Positions 38,004 to 48,661 are shown, numbered from the stretch's first letter. The stretch is 64,000 bases of DNA from an uncultured Thermoproteaceae archaeon (GCA_964575955.1 CAZNTG010000006.1:64001-128000); one strand, 5' to 3'. Notes: generated by a model not told the origin, from the sequence alone. Made by a program: numbers and translations.

Positions 38004-38867
38004 CTATTCATATAGAAATCTAACTATGACTACAGGATGGTGAGGAAAAATCTTCATAACTTGACACCACTTAACTAGTGTGTAATCTATAGCACCAACA
38101 TATCTAGCAGTCTCAAGAACAGTCCTTACAGGACTTTTCAAGTATTTAGAAATTCTCCTAGCTATATAAAATATTCTGTAAGGTATTAGAGATCTATGAC
38201 CTCTAAAATATGTAATTGTTGGGCATTTTATAAAAAGTTTATAACTTTTAAAACATTTAGCTAATACATATGTCAATACTCCAAGATTAATACATCCAGG
38301 AACGTGTACAGGTCTTGAGACAAGTACAATATTAAACTTCTTGATAATTATAGATAAATCACTATCAACAACACATATAGATAATAGTCTACATCTATGA
38401 TAAATCTCATCAATAATCTTCTTAATAATAGCGTAGCTGTCTCTAGATGGATAGGTTACGTAGAAGTATGGTAGTAGAGATGTATCAACACCACATGTAG
38501 ATACGGGTTTTAATATTGATAATAAGTTTTTACTAATTGAAGAACATAGATGTAGATGTCTTGCTAAGTCTATATCTCTAACATTACATAGAGATTCGTA
38601 GATATATTCTCTAAATAATCTTCTAAATAATCTACACCATACATATTTAAATATCTTCACATTTAATAGATCTATCTTAGATATCTTAATTAGAGATTCA
38701 TCATATATGAAACCTAGTGATGTTAATAGAGCTTTCTCAGATATGAATATTATCGTGTTTTTATGTTCAAATTTTTTAGCTATTCTTAATAACTTTTTAA
38801 CAATTCTATATCTATCTCTTGTAGGTATCCAATATCTACTTCTAATTCTAAATATCTTCACCTTCAT
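38004..38867 (-). CDS. CofE-like (coenzyme F420:L-glutamate ligase superfamily) protein
   Basis: IRSRYW, IFISEKAL, GVDTSLLP, VVDSD; last gene of the cofD-cofG operon. Confidence 0.65.
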   Translation of the reverse strand: MKVKIFRIRSRYWIPTRDRYRIVKKLLRIAKKFEHKNTIIFISEKALLTSLGFIYDESLIKISKIDLLNVKIFKYVWCRLFRRLFREYIYESLCNVRDIDLARHLHLCSSISKNLLSILKPVSTCGVDTSLLPYFYVTYPSRDSYAIIKKIIDEIYHRCRLLSICVVDSDLSIIIKKFNIVLVSRPVHVPGCINLGVLTYVLAKCFKSYKLFIKCPTITYFRGHRSLIPYRIFYIARRISKYLKSPVRTVLETARYVGAIDYTLVKWCQVMKIFPHHPVVIVRFLYE

Positions 38868-40035
38868 ACTTACGATCTACAAGACCATCTTCATCAACTA
38901 TGTTTAGAACTCTCTCACGTATTATATCTGAAAGCCATACTTTAGCATTTTTAATATATTTAGGATATATTGGTAATCTCTCTCTTAACATATATCCAAA
39001 ACTCTCAGTAACTTTTCTAATTTCACATATCTTCGGCCATCTATAGTCAATATTTATGTAGTCTGGAGTTATTGGAGATATTCCACCCCAATCATTAATA
39101 CCTGCTAGTATTAGAAGTCCAAAGCTTTCTGGATATAGATTTGGTGGTGATTGTATTGATGTTAAGTTTCTTACATATATCCTATATATCGATATTATTT
39201 TCATTATTTCATATATTGTAGGTCTTCTACAACATGTACATAGTCTCTCTGAAATACTACCTGGAGTGTATGGTTGTATTATTATTTCTTGAATATTATC
39301 AAAGTTTTCAAGAAGTTTTTTAGTCACTATTAATGTTCTAGCTCTATCTATAGAATCTTCACAAATACCTACCAATATTCCTGTTGTAGTTGCAATTCTC
39401 AGTCTATAGCAGTTGTATATAAATCTAAGCCTAATATGTGGCATTTTTGTACTTGATTCATAATGTGGCATACCTCTTCTATTCAATCTATATGATATAC
39501 ATTCAAGCATGAGACCTACACTTGCGACATATGGTTTTAAAAGTTTCAATTCTTCAAAACTTAGATAACCTATATTCAAGTGTGGAATAGCAAATTCAGT
39601 ATTTTTCAAAACCTTATCTAGAAATGTTATTACATACTCAATATAGTTTTTAAATCCCCACATCTTCAATCTATCTCTAACTTTTTCATATCTATCAGGT
39701 CTCTCTCCTGTACATACTAGAATTTCTTTAATTTTAAACTTCTTCTCCCACTTCTTAACTTTATGTACAATATCTTCAATATTCATAATATATGCTTCAG
39801 AACTTTCAGGATCTCTTCTAAAGTTACAATAGTAGCACTTGTTTGAACATATGTTTGTTAATGGTATGAAGACTTTTCTAGAGTATGTTATTATTTTTCC
39901 AAAATATCTATCTCTAATTTCACATGCTTTAGATATTAGTTGTAGAATATCTATGTAGTTACTATCTTCGAAAAGTTTAGCTATTTCAGACAACCCCGTA
40001 ATCTTCATCTCTTCAGTGCCCGTAGTTTTCATCAT
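38848..40035 (-). CDS. cofG: FO synthase subunit CofG
   Basis: ITYSRKVFIPLTNICSNKCYYCNF, ASVGLMLE, TTGILVGI, QSPPNL, DWGGISP. Confidence 0.93.
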   Translation of the reverse strand: MMKTTGTEEMKITGLSEIAKLFEDSNYIDILQLISKACEIRDRYFGKIITYSRKVFIPLTNICSNKCYYCNFRRDPESSEAYIMNIEDIVHKVKKWEKKFKIKEILVCTGERPDRYEKVRDRLKMWGFKNYIEYVITFLDKVLKNTEFAIPHLNIGYLSFEELKLLKPYVASVGLMLECISYRLNRRGMPHYESSTKMPHIRLRFIYNCYRLRIATTTGILVGICEDSIDRARTLIVTKKLLENFDNIQEIIIQPYTPGSISERLCTCCRRPTIYEIMKIISIYRIYVRNLTSIQSPPNLYPESFGLLILAGINDWGGISPITPDYINIDYRWPKICEIRKVTESFGYMLRERLPIYPKYIKNAKVWLSDIIRERVLNIVDEDGLVDRKYEGEDI

Positions 40036-40961
40036 ATTTCATTTAGTATCTTCTCTGCTAGTCTTATACAGTCTTTCTTATCTTTCATAACTATATTATC
40101 AATAATGACGTTAATCTTTCTTTCATATGCATACTCTATAACATCTTTATCAGAGAAATCACAGACTATGTGTGTTATATTAAATTTTGAGTATAGTTCT
40201 AAAATACCTTTTGAAGATCCTTCATATCCTATAGCTTCCATGAGCTTGTCTGTTACTCCACTTATAGGTCTGTTACCAATCATTGGTAACACACATATCT
40301 TAGGCTTATTCAACTTCCTGATAATGTCACCTATAGGATTTGTATAGAGTATTGGTAGTATACTTACAGGTGGGCTACTTGGACCTATTATAACTATGTC
40401 AGATTTTTCTAAAAACTTTATAGCTTTAATACATGCATATGCATTTTCAATACCTTCAAATCTTATTGATATTGGTTTTAGACTTTTACAATATTTAACT
40501 ACAAACTCTTGAATATTTAATTCTCCAATTTCTGTAAGTATCATTGTTCTAACTCTACAATCTGTCATTGGTGATATGTTTGTAGGTATTCCCAATCTTG
40601 TACATACGTAATCACATATATTTGAAAGTTTATAACCTTTCTTAAGTAGGTATGTCCTAAGTATGTGCATTGCTAGATCTCTATCACCAATATTAAACCA
40701 AGTATCTTCAAGACCAAGTATCTTTGCCTGATTTAGAAAGTTGAATGTGTCTTCACGTATACCCCACATCTTGTCTAAGTCAAGCATTCCTGATAGTGCA
40801 TATATTACTGTGTCTAAGTCTGGAGATATGTAGAGACCATTCCACTCAAAATCATCTCCAGTATTCACAATTATGTATACATTATTGATACCCAACACCT
40901 CTACTAATCCAAGTAGAAGCTTTACGCCTCCTGTACCTCCTGTTAATAATGTCACTTTCAT
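40032..40961 (-). CDS. cofD: 2-phospho-L-lactate transferase CofD
   Basis: LTGGTGGVKL, NTGDD, ISPDLDTV, IGDRDLA, IGPSSPPVSI. Confidence 0.93.
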   Translation of the reverse strand: MKVTLLTGGTGGVKLLLGLVEVLGINNVYIIVNTGDDFEWNGLYISPDLDTVIYALSGMLDLDKMWGIREDTFNFLNQAKILGLEDTWFNIGDRDLAMHILRTYLLKKGYKLSNICDYVCTRLGIPTNISPMTDCRVRTMILTEIGELNIQEFVVKYCKSLKPISIRFEGIENAYACIKAIKFLEKSDIVIIGPSSPPVSILPILYTNPIGDIIRKLNKPKICVLPMIGNRPISGVTDKLMEAIGYEGSSKGILELYSKFNITHIVCDFSDKDVIEYAYERKINVIIDNIVMKDKKDCIRLAEKILNEI

Positions 40962-41019
40962 ATCTTCTCAAAATAATGTTTGGAATATTGTTAAATATGT
41001 GAAAATAGTTGACTAGTGT

Positions 41020-41466
41020 ATGAGTAGTGAATACACAACACTATACGAGAGAGAAGTTGAGACAGAGATTCAGGTTAGTAAGAAGGTTAGTGATGAAGCA
41101 AGAATAAAGAGACTTGAAAGATGGCCTAGAGAAGCTGGACTTTCAATAACACTTGATGAGTCAGGTGGAAACTTTATGCAACTTATGAAGATAACAGCAT
41201 CTGAGTATGGTCTTGAGCTTGGCGATAAGAAGTGGGATTTTAAGAAGGAGAATGATAAGATACTTGCAGTACTAAGATGGCCATTAGTGAAGGAGGGGAA
41301 TGAGGTTGGTATAGGTGAGGCTATCTTTGAAATATTTTTAACACCAAAATCAGAGACTGATAATAATGTTGTATATGGTGTTAAGGTTAAGTATAGATTA
41401 TCAATACGTAATGATATACTTTCTGAAAAATCTACCGAGGGTATTGTCGACTTGTCAGGACTTTAA
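41020..41466 (+). CDS. Hypothetical protein
   Basis: Typical codon usage; TATA-like box upstream; no motif recognised. Confidence 0.75.
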   Translation: MSSEYTTLYEREVETEIQVSKKVSDEARIKRLERWPREAGLSITLDESGGNFMQLMKITASEYGLELGDKKWDFKKENDKILAVLRWPLVKEGNEVGIGEAIFEIFLTPKSETDNNVVYGVKVKYRLSIRNDILSEKSTEGIVDLSGL

Positions 41467-41537
41467 TACCCAAACTAATTTCTTTAAAAATCTTAACACT
41501 GTTTCGATTTTGGAACAAGTGTAACACTATTATATTA

Positions 41538-41924
41538 ATGTCCATAGATAGTAGTGGGATGTGCTCGCAGACTGAGGACAACACTGTGAAGAGGCTACTA
41601 CCACTACTAGAATCTCTACTACAGGAGCATGTACTATTCAATCCACTTAGACTATGCATAATGCTCATACTGCTAATACATAAGAATGGTATACCATTCA
41701 TAGAACTTCAAAGACTATTGAAAGTTAGTCCAAGTACATTAGAGACAAATCTTGAAAGATTGGAACAGGAAGGTTATTTAGTTAAGCGTAGAGTTCTCAG
41801 AGATCTACATGTACGTGTCATAATTATGCCTACAGAGAAAGGTGTTGAACATACTAAAAATACTCTAAAGCTTCTAAATGAGATTATACAAATTGTTAAG
41901 AATATTATACGAGAACTATCGTAA
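41538..41924 (+). CDS. MarR/ArsR-type winged-helix regulator
   Basis: NPLRLCIM, FIELQRLLKVSPSTLETNLERLEQEGYL, TEKG. Confidence 0.85.
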   Translation: MSIDSSGMCSQTEDNTVKRLLPLLESLLQEHVLFNPLRLCIMLILLIHKNGIPFIELQRLLKVSPSTLETNLERLEQEGYLVKRRVLRDLHVRVIIMPTEKGVEHTKNTLKLLNEIIQIVKNIIRELS

Positions 41925-41932
41925 ACATATAT

Positions 41933-42778
41933 CTATACACTAGGTCTATTTTGAGAGATCTGTCTAATAACTATATCTCTAATCTTTGGATATATTTCAA
42001 CAGCTTTCTCAAGAATATACTTAATATCATCTCTACTAAATACTCCAATAGTCTTCTGAATAGATACTACTTTTCCTTGAGAAATTCCTAAAGTTATCTT
42101 AGAATCTAGAACATTCTCTTCTTCAAGTGTTGGATCAACTATTATATTATTTGATATTTTTGCAAATGTTATAGTTAGTGGTAGTAGATCGATATTAACT
42201 TTCATATCCTGCTTTTCCTCTCTAATAACTCTATACTGATCCTGTTCTATAACTACCTTAGGAAGTTTTGAACAGGATAGTGCAGATACAGCAGCTATGC
42301 AGGATGCGTCTACAAGATTACCATCATGATTTAGAACGTATATGTCTACCCATAGGATATATGCAAGCTTTCCTGTCTGTATACATAGTGATTTGAAATC
42401 TATAAATCCACTATGTCTTATAGTCCTATCAACTATTCTAGCAATTTCAATAGCATTTTCATCAGGAGGTCCTGGTTCAATTCCAGGTGCTGCTAGTGGT
42501 GGTGTTTCTAGGTTAACTATCAATGCTCCTTCGTCTGGTGTGTCTGGGTATGGTGTTCCAACACCAACTTTAACACCTGCAACAACTATGGTATTTCCGA
42601 GTCTTACTATTGAACTTCCATCAGCAGTTTTTATTGTGTTTACTTCAATACTTATATTTCTAAAGTCTAGATGTGTTCTACCATCACTTCTCTTACCTTC
42701 TTCAATTAGTCTACGTATAGATTCTCTACGTAGTTGTGGTAGTATTTCAGGTTGTTGTGTTATGCTAATACTGCTCAT
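41933..42778 (-). CDS. rrp42: Exosome component Rrp42
   Basis: RSDGR, PYPDTPDEG, PGPPDENAIEIARIVDR, HDGNLVDA, DPTLEEE. Confidence 0.95.
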   Translation of the reverse strand: MSSISITQQPEILPQLRRESIRRLIEEGKRSDGRTHLDFRNISIEVNTIKTADGSSIVRLGNTIVVAGVKVGVGTPYPDTPDEGALIVNLETPPLAAPGIEPGPPDENAIEIARIVDRTIRHSGFIDFKSLCIQTGKLAYILWVDIYVLNHDGNLVDASCIAAVSALSCSKLPKVVIEQDQYRVIREEKQDMKVNIDLLPLTITFAKISNNIIVDPTLEEENVLDSKITLGISQGKVVSIQKTIGVFSRDDIKYILEKAVEIYPKIRDIVIRQISQNRPSV

Positions 42779-42810
42779 ACTTTACAACATGTATATAGGA
42801 TTAATATATG

Positions 42811-43572
42811 TCACGACATAGCTCTTATAGATTCTATATACTTACCCTTCAACACATCTCTCATCTGTCTATATATGTTTTCTGCTGCTCTATATGCCAT
42901 ATCTATGGCTTTTTCAATCTCTTCAATAGTCCATTGACCATCGGCTTGTAGTAATGTTAGTAGTCCTCTACGACACATAAATGCTATTGGCATATCACCA
43001 TCACCATAACCATCTTCAACTCTATTTAAGTCAACTATTATCAAATTCTCAATCTTTCCAACAGACACACCAACTACAAGATCTCTCATTGGTATTCCAG
43101 CATCTGCAAGTGCTAGTGATGCTGCAGTTATTGATGCAACTCTCGTTGAGCCATCAGCCTGTAGTACTTCTATAAATACGTCAATGCTTGTTCTTGGAAA
43201 TTGTTCTAATATAACTACAGGTTCTAGAGCTTCTCTAATTATCTTAGATATTTCAATCTCTCTACGTGTAGGTTCAGGTCTCTTTCTCTCGTCTGGAGTA
43301 CTGAATGGTGTCATGTGATATCTAACTCTCAATATTGCACGATCAGGCAATGCTAGATGTCTTGGATGTACTTCTCTTGGACCATACACTGCTGCAACTA
43401 CTACAGTATCACCATAAGCTACAAGTGCACTACCATCAGCATTACTTAGAACTCCAACTTCCATTCTAACATTTCTATGCTGTTCAGGACTTCTACCATC
43501 AATTCTCTTACCTTCACGTGCAAGTTCTCTAATAATTCTTCTCAACTCTTCACCATGCTGTATCTGTGACAT
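42811..43572 (-). CDS. rrp41: Exosome component Rrp41
   Basis: [30 protein letters not shown]. Confidence 0.96.
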   Translation of the reverse strand: MSQIQHGEELRRIIRELAREGKRIDGRSPEQHRNVRMEVGVLSNADGSALVAYGDTVVVAAVYGPREVHPRHLALPDRAILRVRYHMTPFSTPDERKRPEPTRREIEISKIIREALEPVVILEQFPRTSIDVFIEVLQADGSTRVASITAASLALADAGIPMRDLVVGVSVGKIENLIIVDLNRVEDGYGDGDMPIAFMCRRGLLTLLQADGQWTIEEIEKAIDMAYRAAENIYRQMRDVLKGKYIESIRAMS

Positions 43573-43614
43573 AGATAATCAACCTGTGTAGAGTGTTTAA
43601 GCATTTAACTAGTA

Positions 43615-44256
43615 CTACCATATCAATGTGAGATGCATAGATAGTATTAACAATATTGCAGATATTGCAAATAGTCCAATCCAAGCTCCTGGATTAGTTC
43701 TAAAAACTTTCAAACCATCAAACATGGGTAATGGAAGTAGGTTAAATACGGCTAACATAGCATTTATCTGAGCTATCAATATCATAAGTCTTAAATATAT
43801 GCTAGGTATGAAGCTTAGCGCATATGATGCTGCTGCAATAACTATATTAGTTATTGGACCTGCAGATGCTATTAGAAACTCATCTTGAACAATCTCTCTA
43901 GGAGATTTGATAGTCATTGGACTTGGATATATGTATACAGCTCCAGGTGCTAGAAATATTATTGGTAGTATTATTCCAACATACTCTAACATTGCTACAG
44001 CTATCGCTGTTAATAGTGATATTGCAAGACCAAGTTTCCAAGCTCTGAAAAATGCTATATATCCAAGCTTTCTAGCAGTCATTCTATGTGCAAGTTCGTG
44101 AAATAGAAATCCTGATAAGACACCACCAATTATGTATGGTATGAGTATTATGCTTGGTGATGCTGGTAAGTATATTAATAAGAATGTTACGACTAGGACT
44201 GATATAGCTAGTGCAAAATCTTTCAATTCCTCCTTCGGTGAGTATACTACATACAT
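43615..44256 (-). CDS. Site-2 protease (peptidase M50)
   Basis: HELAH, AGPITN, FNLLPLPMFDG. Confidence 0.92.
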   Translation of the reverse strand: MYVVYSPKEELKDFALAISVLVVTFLLIYLPASPSIILIPYIIGGVLSGFLFHELAHRMTARKLGYIAFFRAWKLGLAISLLTAIAVAMLEYVGIILPIIFLAPGAVYIYPSPMTIKSPREIVQDEFLIASAGPITNIVIAAASYALSFIPSIYLRLMILIAQINAMLAVFNLLPLPMFDGLKVFRTNPGAWIGLFAISAILLILSMHLTLIW

Positions 44257-44308
44257 AACTTTACTTCAACTCATCCTACATTAATAATAATTGTTACCCC
44301 AATCAACT

Positions 44309-44830
44309 CTATATCTTACTAGCAGGTAGATATCTCTCACGTGCTGAACATACATATTCCAATACTAGTAATGTCTCAGTTTTAACAACTTCAGGATGCG
44401 ATGGTAAGTACTTTATTAAGAAATCACTAAGCTGTTTCATATCTCTAGCCCAAACTTTCAAAATTATGTCATAAGATCCTGTAACTATATGTGCCTCCTC
44501 TACCCATGGTAGTTCAGGTTTCTCATCTGTATCTCTTAAAATTCTCTCTATCAGAACTTCCTGACTTGACCTACCTGATATTGGCGCTATTCTACGTGCA
44601 CTAATCATCACAAATGCCAGCACGTTATATCCAAGTCTTCTAATATCAACAATAGCTCTATAACCAGTAATTAGCTGTTCCCTCTCCAACTTCTCAATTC
44701 TACTCATTATAGTTGTACGTGGCTTATTTAAGATAGTTGCAAGTTTCGCAATTTTAACTCGAGCATCTTTTTGAAGATATTCAAGAAGCTTCTTATCAAG
44801 ATCGTCAAGTAGTACCATCATAATAGACAT
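44309..44830 (-). CDS. Lrp/AsnC-family transcriptional regulator
   Basis: LDDLDKKLLEYLQKDAR HTH; VTGSYDIILKV RAM domain. Confidence 0.93.
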   Translation of the reverse strand: MSIMMVLLDDLDKKLLEYLQKDARVKIAKLATILNKPRTTIMSRIEKLEREQLITGYRAIVDIRRLGYNVLAFVMISARRIAPISGRSSQEVLIERILRDTDEKPELPWVEEAHIVTGSYDIILKVWARDMKQLSDFLIKYLPSHPEVVKTETLLVLEYVCSARERYLPASKI

Positions 44831-44888
44831 ATCGAGAATCTTTTTTAAGACTCTGACCGTGAATTAGCCTAACCTAAACCTACCAATA

Positions 44889-44903
44889 TTGACATATTGT
44901 CAA
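44889..44903. promoter_or_regulatory. 15-bp palindrome TTGACA-TAT-TGTCAA, putative Lrp operator
   Basis: Perfect 6-bp arms with an AT centre, in the divergent Lrp/pflX intergenic region. Confidence 0.55.
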
Positions 44904-44960
44904 ATTTTTATGTAGAAATTTGAAACTATACTATAAATACCACTCACAGATATAAAACAT

Positions 44961-46124
44961 ATGGAGAGATTCATGCTTAGAGAATGGGAATTATTGAGAC
45001 CTGACGCATTTACAGTATGGGAGTATAGAGAGGTTAGAGAGAGATTAGCCTGGTATTATGCTGTTATGAGAGATGAAGCACCAGCAAAATTTCACATATG
45101 TGCAAGACTAGAAGTGCCGTATAAGAGAGATGAGATTGAAAGTATGAGTATTGAAGAGCTTTGGAAAATACATGATAAGTATAGTGAAGAGTTTGATAAG
45201 ATTTGGTATGAAGTAAGGCAAAACTATAATAAAGATGTGTATAGAAGATGGACACAGTCAGAACTTCCTGAGATAAGTCTTCTAGATATTAAGATAATTC
45301 TAGCATATAGAATATTGAGAGAGTGTATATACTGTGAGAGGAAGTGTAGAGTTAATAGATTTGAAAGACGTGGTGCATGTCTTGTAGATCATAGAGTTAG
45401 AGTATCCGACTACTTTCACCACCCTGGTGAAGAAGCACCACTAGTACCATCAGGAACAATATTCTTTACAGGATGTACATTTAGATGTGTATATTGTCAA
45501 AATTGGAGTATATCACAATACCCAGACAATGGTGATCTTGTAAATGCTAAACAGCTAGCAATAATACAGAAATGGCTTAGAGAGACAGGTGCTAGAAATA
45601 TAAATTGGGTTGGTGGTGATCCAACACCTGCAATTCACGTAATATTAGAATCTCTAAAATATTTAGCAATGTGGAGCATAAATGTACCACAACTATGGAA
45701 TAGTAACATGTACCTCACAGTTGAGGGTATGAAATTGATAGTTCACATAATAGATATATGGCTACCAGATATGAAGTATGGAAATGATAGATGTGCTGAA
45801 AAGTACTCGATAGTTAAGAGGTATTGGGAAGTTATAACTAGAAATATGAAGATGCTTGCAGATAGAGATGAAGATTGCATAATTAGACATCTAGTACTTC
45901 CAAACCATGTAGAATGCTGTACCAAGCCTGTACTTAAGTGGATTGCTGAGAATTATAGAAAAGCACTTGTAAACATAATGGATCAATATAGACCTGAATG
46001 GCAAGTAGCTAAACATCCAGATAGGTGGAGAGAAATTGCTAGAAGACCAAGTAGAAGAGAAATTGAAGAAGCCTATAAATATGCTACAGAGTTAGGAATA
46101 TGTTGGGAACCAGTAACTAGGTGA
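44961..46124 (+). CDS. PflX-like radical SAM protein
   Basis: CIYCERKC, GEEAPLVPSGTIFFTGCTFRCVYCQN, DMKYGND, IRHLVLP. Confidence 0.9.
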   Translation: MERFMLREWELLRPDAFTVWEYREVRERLAWYYAVMRDEAPAKFHICARLEVPYKRDEIESMSIEELWKIHDKYSEEFDKIWYEVRQNYNKDVYRRWTQSELPEISLLDIKIILAYRILRECIYCERKCRVNRFERRGACLVDHRVRVSDYFHHPGEEAPLVPSGTIFFTGCTFRCVYCQNWSISQYPDNGDLVNAKQLAIIQKWLRETGARNINWVGGDPTPAIHVILESLKYLAMWSINVPQLWNSNMYLTVEGMKLIVHIIDIWLPDMKYGNDRCAEKYSIVKRYWEVITRNMKMLADRDEDCIIRHLVLPNHVECCTKPVLKWIAENYRKALVNIMDQYRPEWQVAKHPDRWREIARRPSRREIEEAYKYATELGICWEPVTR

Positions 46125-46130
46125 AGATAC

Positions 46131-46547
46131 ATGCCAACCTGGCCATCATGGATAGTTAAACCACATGAATTACCATTAGAACCACTTGATAAGCCTAGTC
46201 CTGAAATTACTAGAGTATGTGCTGGTTGTAGAGATGATAGAGGTTTAGAATCTGAGATTGATATTCTAGATTTAACACATTCAAGATATTTAACAATAGT
46301 AGATATTGATAAAGATAGAAATATTGTAAATGTTGAATCTATAAAAAATGTATTTTCAACAATTCCAAGAAAGACAGCACTGATAGTTGCTTATTGGATA
46401 GTTGAGAGTGGTGTATCTATTGTTATAGCATCAGGATATTGTCATAATATGACATACTATCTCGATCAGTCAGGTGTTGTTAGACTTACTGCTACTGGTG
46501 GTGAAAGATTGATTGATGTTCTTAAGAAGTTTAATCTTATCTCCTAA
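46131..46547 (+). CDS. NifB/NifX-like (dinitrogenase FeMo-cofactor family) protein, divergent
   Basis: DDRGLESEI...SRYLTIVDI...N, GVSIVIASG pattern. Confidence 0.55.
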   Translation: MPTWPSWIVKPHELPLEPLDKPSPEITRVCAGCRDDRGLESEIDILDLTHSRYLTIVDIDKDRNIVNVESIKNVFSTIPRKTALIVAYWIVESGVSIVIASGYCHNMTYYLDQSGVVRLTATGGERLIDVLKKFNLIS

Positions 46548-46730
46548 CTTATCCTCACCTACAACCCTTATCAATTCTTCAAACTCTTCAGGAGTTAGTA
46601 CGTATACATAGTCAACATTTAGAAGCTTCTCATCTGTTGGCAGGTTAACTATCAGTTTAAGATACTTATACCTTCTTTCACCTCTCCTAACTACGTAGTA
46701 TGTCTTTGTTATCTTAACCTTGTAGACCAT
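46470..46730 (-). CDS. Small hypothetical protein downstream of argS
   Basis: 2-nt gap after the argS stop; its tail overlaps the convergent gene. Confidence 0.55.
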   Translation of the reverse strand: MVYKVKITKTYYVVRRGERRYKYLKLIVNLPTDEKLLNVDYVYVLTPEEFEELIRVVGEDKLGDKIKLLKNINQSFTTSSSKSNNT

Positions 46731-46732
46731 AT

Positions 46733-48661
46733 CTACATCCTCTCGAGTATTGGTATTCCTAGGATATTCATAATATTTTCAAGAACCTTCTTAACAGATA
46801 TTACTAATGCTATTCTAAATCCTCTATATGGCTCTTCAGCATGTATTACAGGATACTTCTCGTAGAATGAGTTGAATGTTAGTGCTATCTTATTCACATG
46901 TTCAACAATATAGTCTGGTCTTAAATCATTCGCTGCCTGTGTAATAATTTCAGGAACCTCACCTATATATTTCACAAGCTCAATCTCTTCAGGACCTAGA
47001 ACATCTGGCACAGTATATTTCAAAACATCTACAATACCTGCCTTTTCAAGTATTGATCTAGCTCTAACATATGTATACTGTATGAATGGGCCACTATTCT
47101 GCTTCAAGTTTAAAACCTTATCCCATGTAAATGTTATTGGTTTTGTTGGACTTACTGATAGTAGTGAATATCTTATAGCTCCAACAGCTACAGCTTCAGC
47201 AACTTTCTCAAGCTCACTCCTATCTAAAAATCTTCCAGATATCATACTCATAATTCTTCTCTTAGCCTCATCAATAAGCTCATCAAGAGTTACATATCTA
47301 CCTCTTCTACCACTCATCTTAACTCCCGGAATATTCACAAGCTCGTATGCGTAGTGTATCATTCTCTCAGCCCAATCAACATACCCCATAGCGTATAGCA
47401 TAGTTCTAATTTGTGCTTGTGGATGTTGTTGTTCTGCAGCTATTACACGTATCAGTTTTGTTGGATTGAATTTTTCAAAACACCATATAGCATATGTTAA
47501 GTCTCTAGTTATGTATAGTGTAGTACCATCACTTCTAGTTAACGTTACTTTAGGTAGATGTCTAGGTAGTTTAAGTTTTGACCATAGATCTAGATCTTGA
47601 GCATATTTATCAGCTCTAAATATTATAACATTACCAATCTTCTCTATATAATTTCCAGCTTTTGATATTAATTTTCTAATAACTTCATACACCTTTCCTG
47701 AATATACAGTTATATCACTCTCCCAATCCCATGAGTCAAAACTTATACCAAGTCTATTTAATGTCATTTTAAATCCATCAATAACTAGATTAACCATCTC
47801 ACGTACAATTCTTCTAACTTCATCAACACCTTCTTCATACATTCTTGAAATCTTCTTAACCTCTTCCTCAATATTTTTAATACTTCTCAATTTGTCTATC
47901 AACGTTAATACTAGTTCTCTATCTTTCTGTTCTAATTCTGCTATAACTGCTACTAGATCATCACGTTGAGCTACTACTTCTCTATACTTCTCAGGATCTC
48001 TATCCTTCAATTCTTCAAGCTCTCTAGTAAGCTTCTGAATTTCACCTACTGTACATGTAGTTGCATATACTATACCAATAACATGGTCAGGTTTTAATCC
48101 ACTTCTAACTCTCTCATATACTAGATCTCTAACTAGTGAAAATCCAAGTGTTGCATATGCAACTTGATCACCACAATCATCTAAGTAGAAGTGTGTTCTA
48201 ACTTCACAACCACAAAATCTTAACAATCTTGCAAGTGTATCACCTAGAACTGCATTTCTACCATGACCAACATGTAGTGGATGTAGTGGATTTGCACTTG
48301 TATGCTCAACAATGTACTTTCCTTCCATAGGCTTTTCAGGTTTTCCATAATTCTCACCATATCTCAATACTGTATCTATAACCATCTTAGCATATTTAGG
48401 AGGATCAATATCAAAATTTAGAAATCCATTAACATACTCAGGAGGTTTTAGATATCTAAATTCGAATTCTCTAGAAACATCTTCAACAACTTTAGGAAAG
48501 TCCGAATACTCTCTAGCAATACTGTGTAGGGGTACTGAGAGATATCCAAATTTTGGCTGTGCACGAACTATAGAAGTGTTTGATAGATCAACACTAAGCT
48601 TCCTACCTAACTCATCTAGAAACATCCTAACTTCTCTAATAAGCTCAGCGTATGGATTCAC
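46733..48661 (-). CDS. argS: Arginyl-tRNA synthetase
   Basis: EHTSANPLHPLHVGHGRN, RSDGTTLY, KMSGRRG, GPFIQYTYVRA. Confidence 0.97.
   Translation of the reverse strand: MNPYAELIREVRMFLDELGRKLSVDLSNTSIVRAQPKFGYLSVPLHSIAREYSDFPKVVEDVSREFEFRYLKPPEYVNGFLNFDIDPPKYAKMVIDTVLRYGENYGKPEKPMEGKYIVEHTSANPLHPLHVGHGRNAVLGDTLARLLRFCGCEVRTHFYLDDCGDQVAYATLGFSLVRDLVYERVRSGLKPDHVIGIVYATTCTVGEIQKLTRELEELKDRDPEKYREVVAQRDDLVAVIAELEQKDRELVLTLIDKLRSIKNIEEEVKKISRMYEEGVDEVRRIVREMVNLVIDGFKMTLNRLGISFDSWDWESDITVYSGKVYEVIRKLISKAGNYIEKIGNVIIFRADKYAQDLDLWSKLKLPRHLPKVTLTRSDGTTLYITRDLTYAIWCFEKFNPTKLIRVIAAEQQHPQAQIRTMLYAMGYVDWAERMIHYAYELVNIPGVKMSGRRGRYVTLDELIDEAKRRIMSMISGRFLDRSELEKVAEAVAVGAIRYSLLSVSPTKPITFTWDKVLNLKQNSGPFIQYTYVRARSILEKAGIVDVLKYTVPDVLGPEEIELVKYIGEVPEIITQAANDLRPDYIVEHVNKIALTFNSFYEKYPVIHAEEPYRGFRIALVISVKKVLENIMNILGIPILERM

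Noticed and set aside
30011-40961. Evidence of methanogenesis
   Set aside because: No mcr, mtr or hdr genes in the window; ftr, mch, fwdC and cof genes also occur in non-methanogens.
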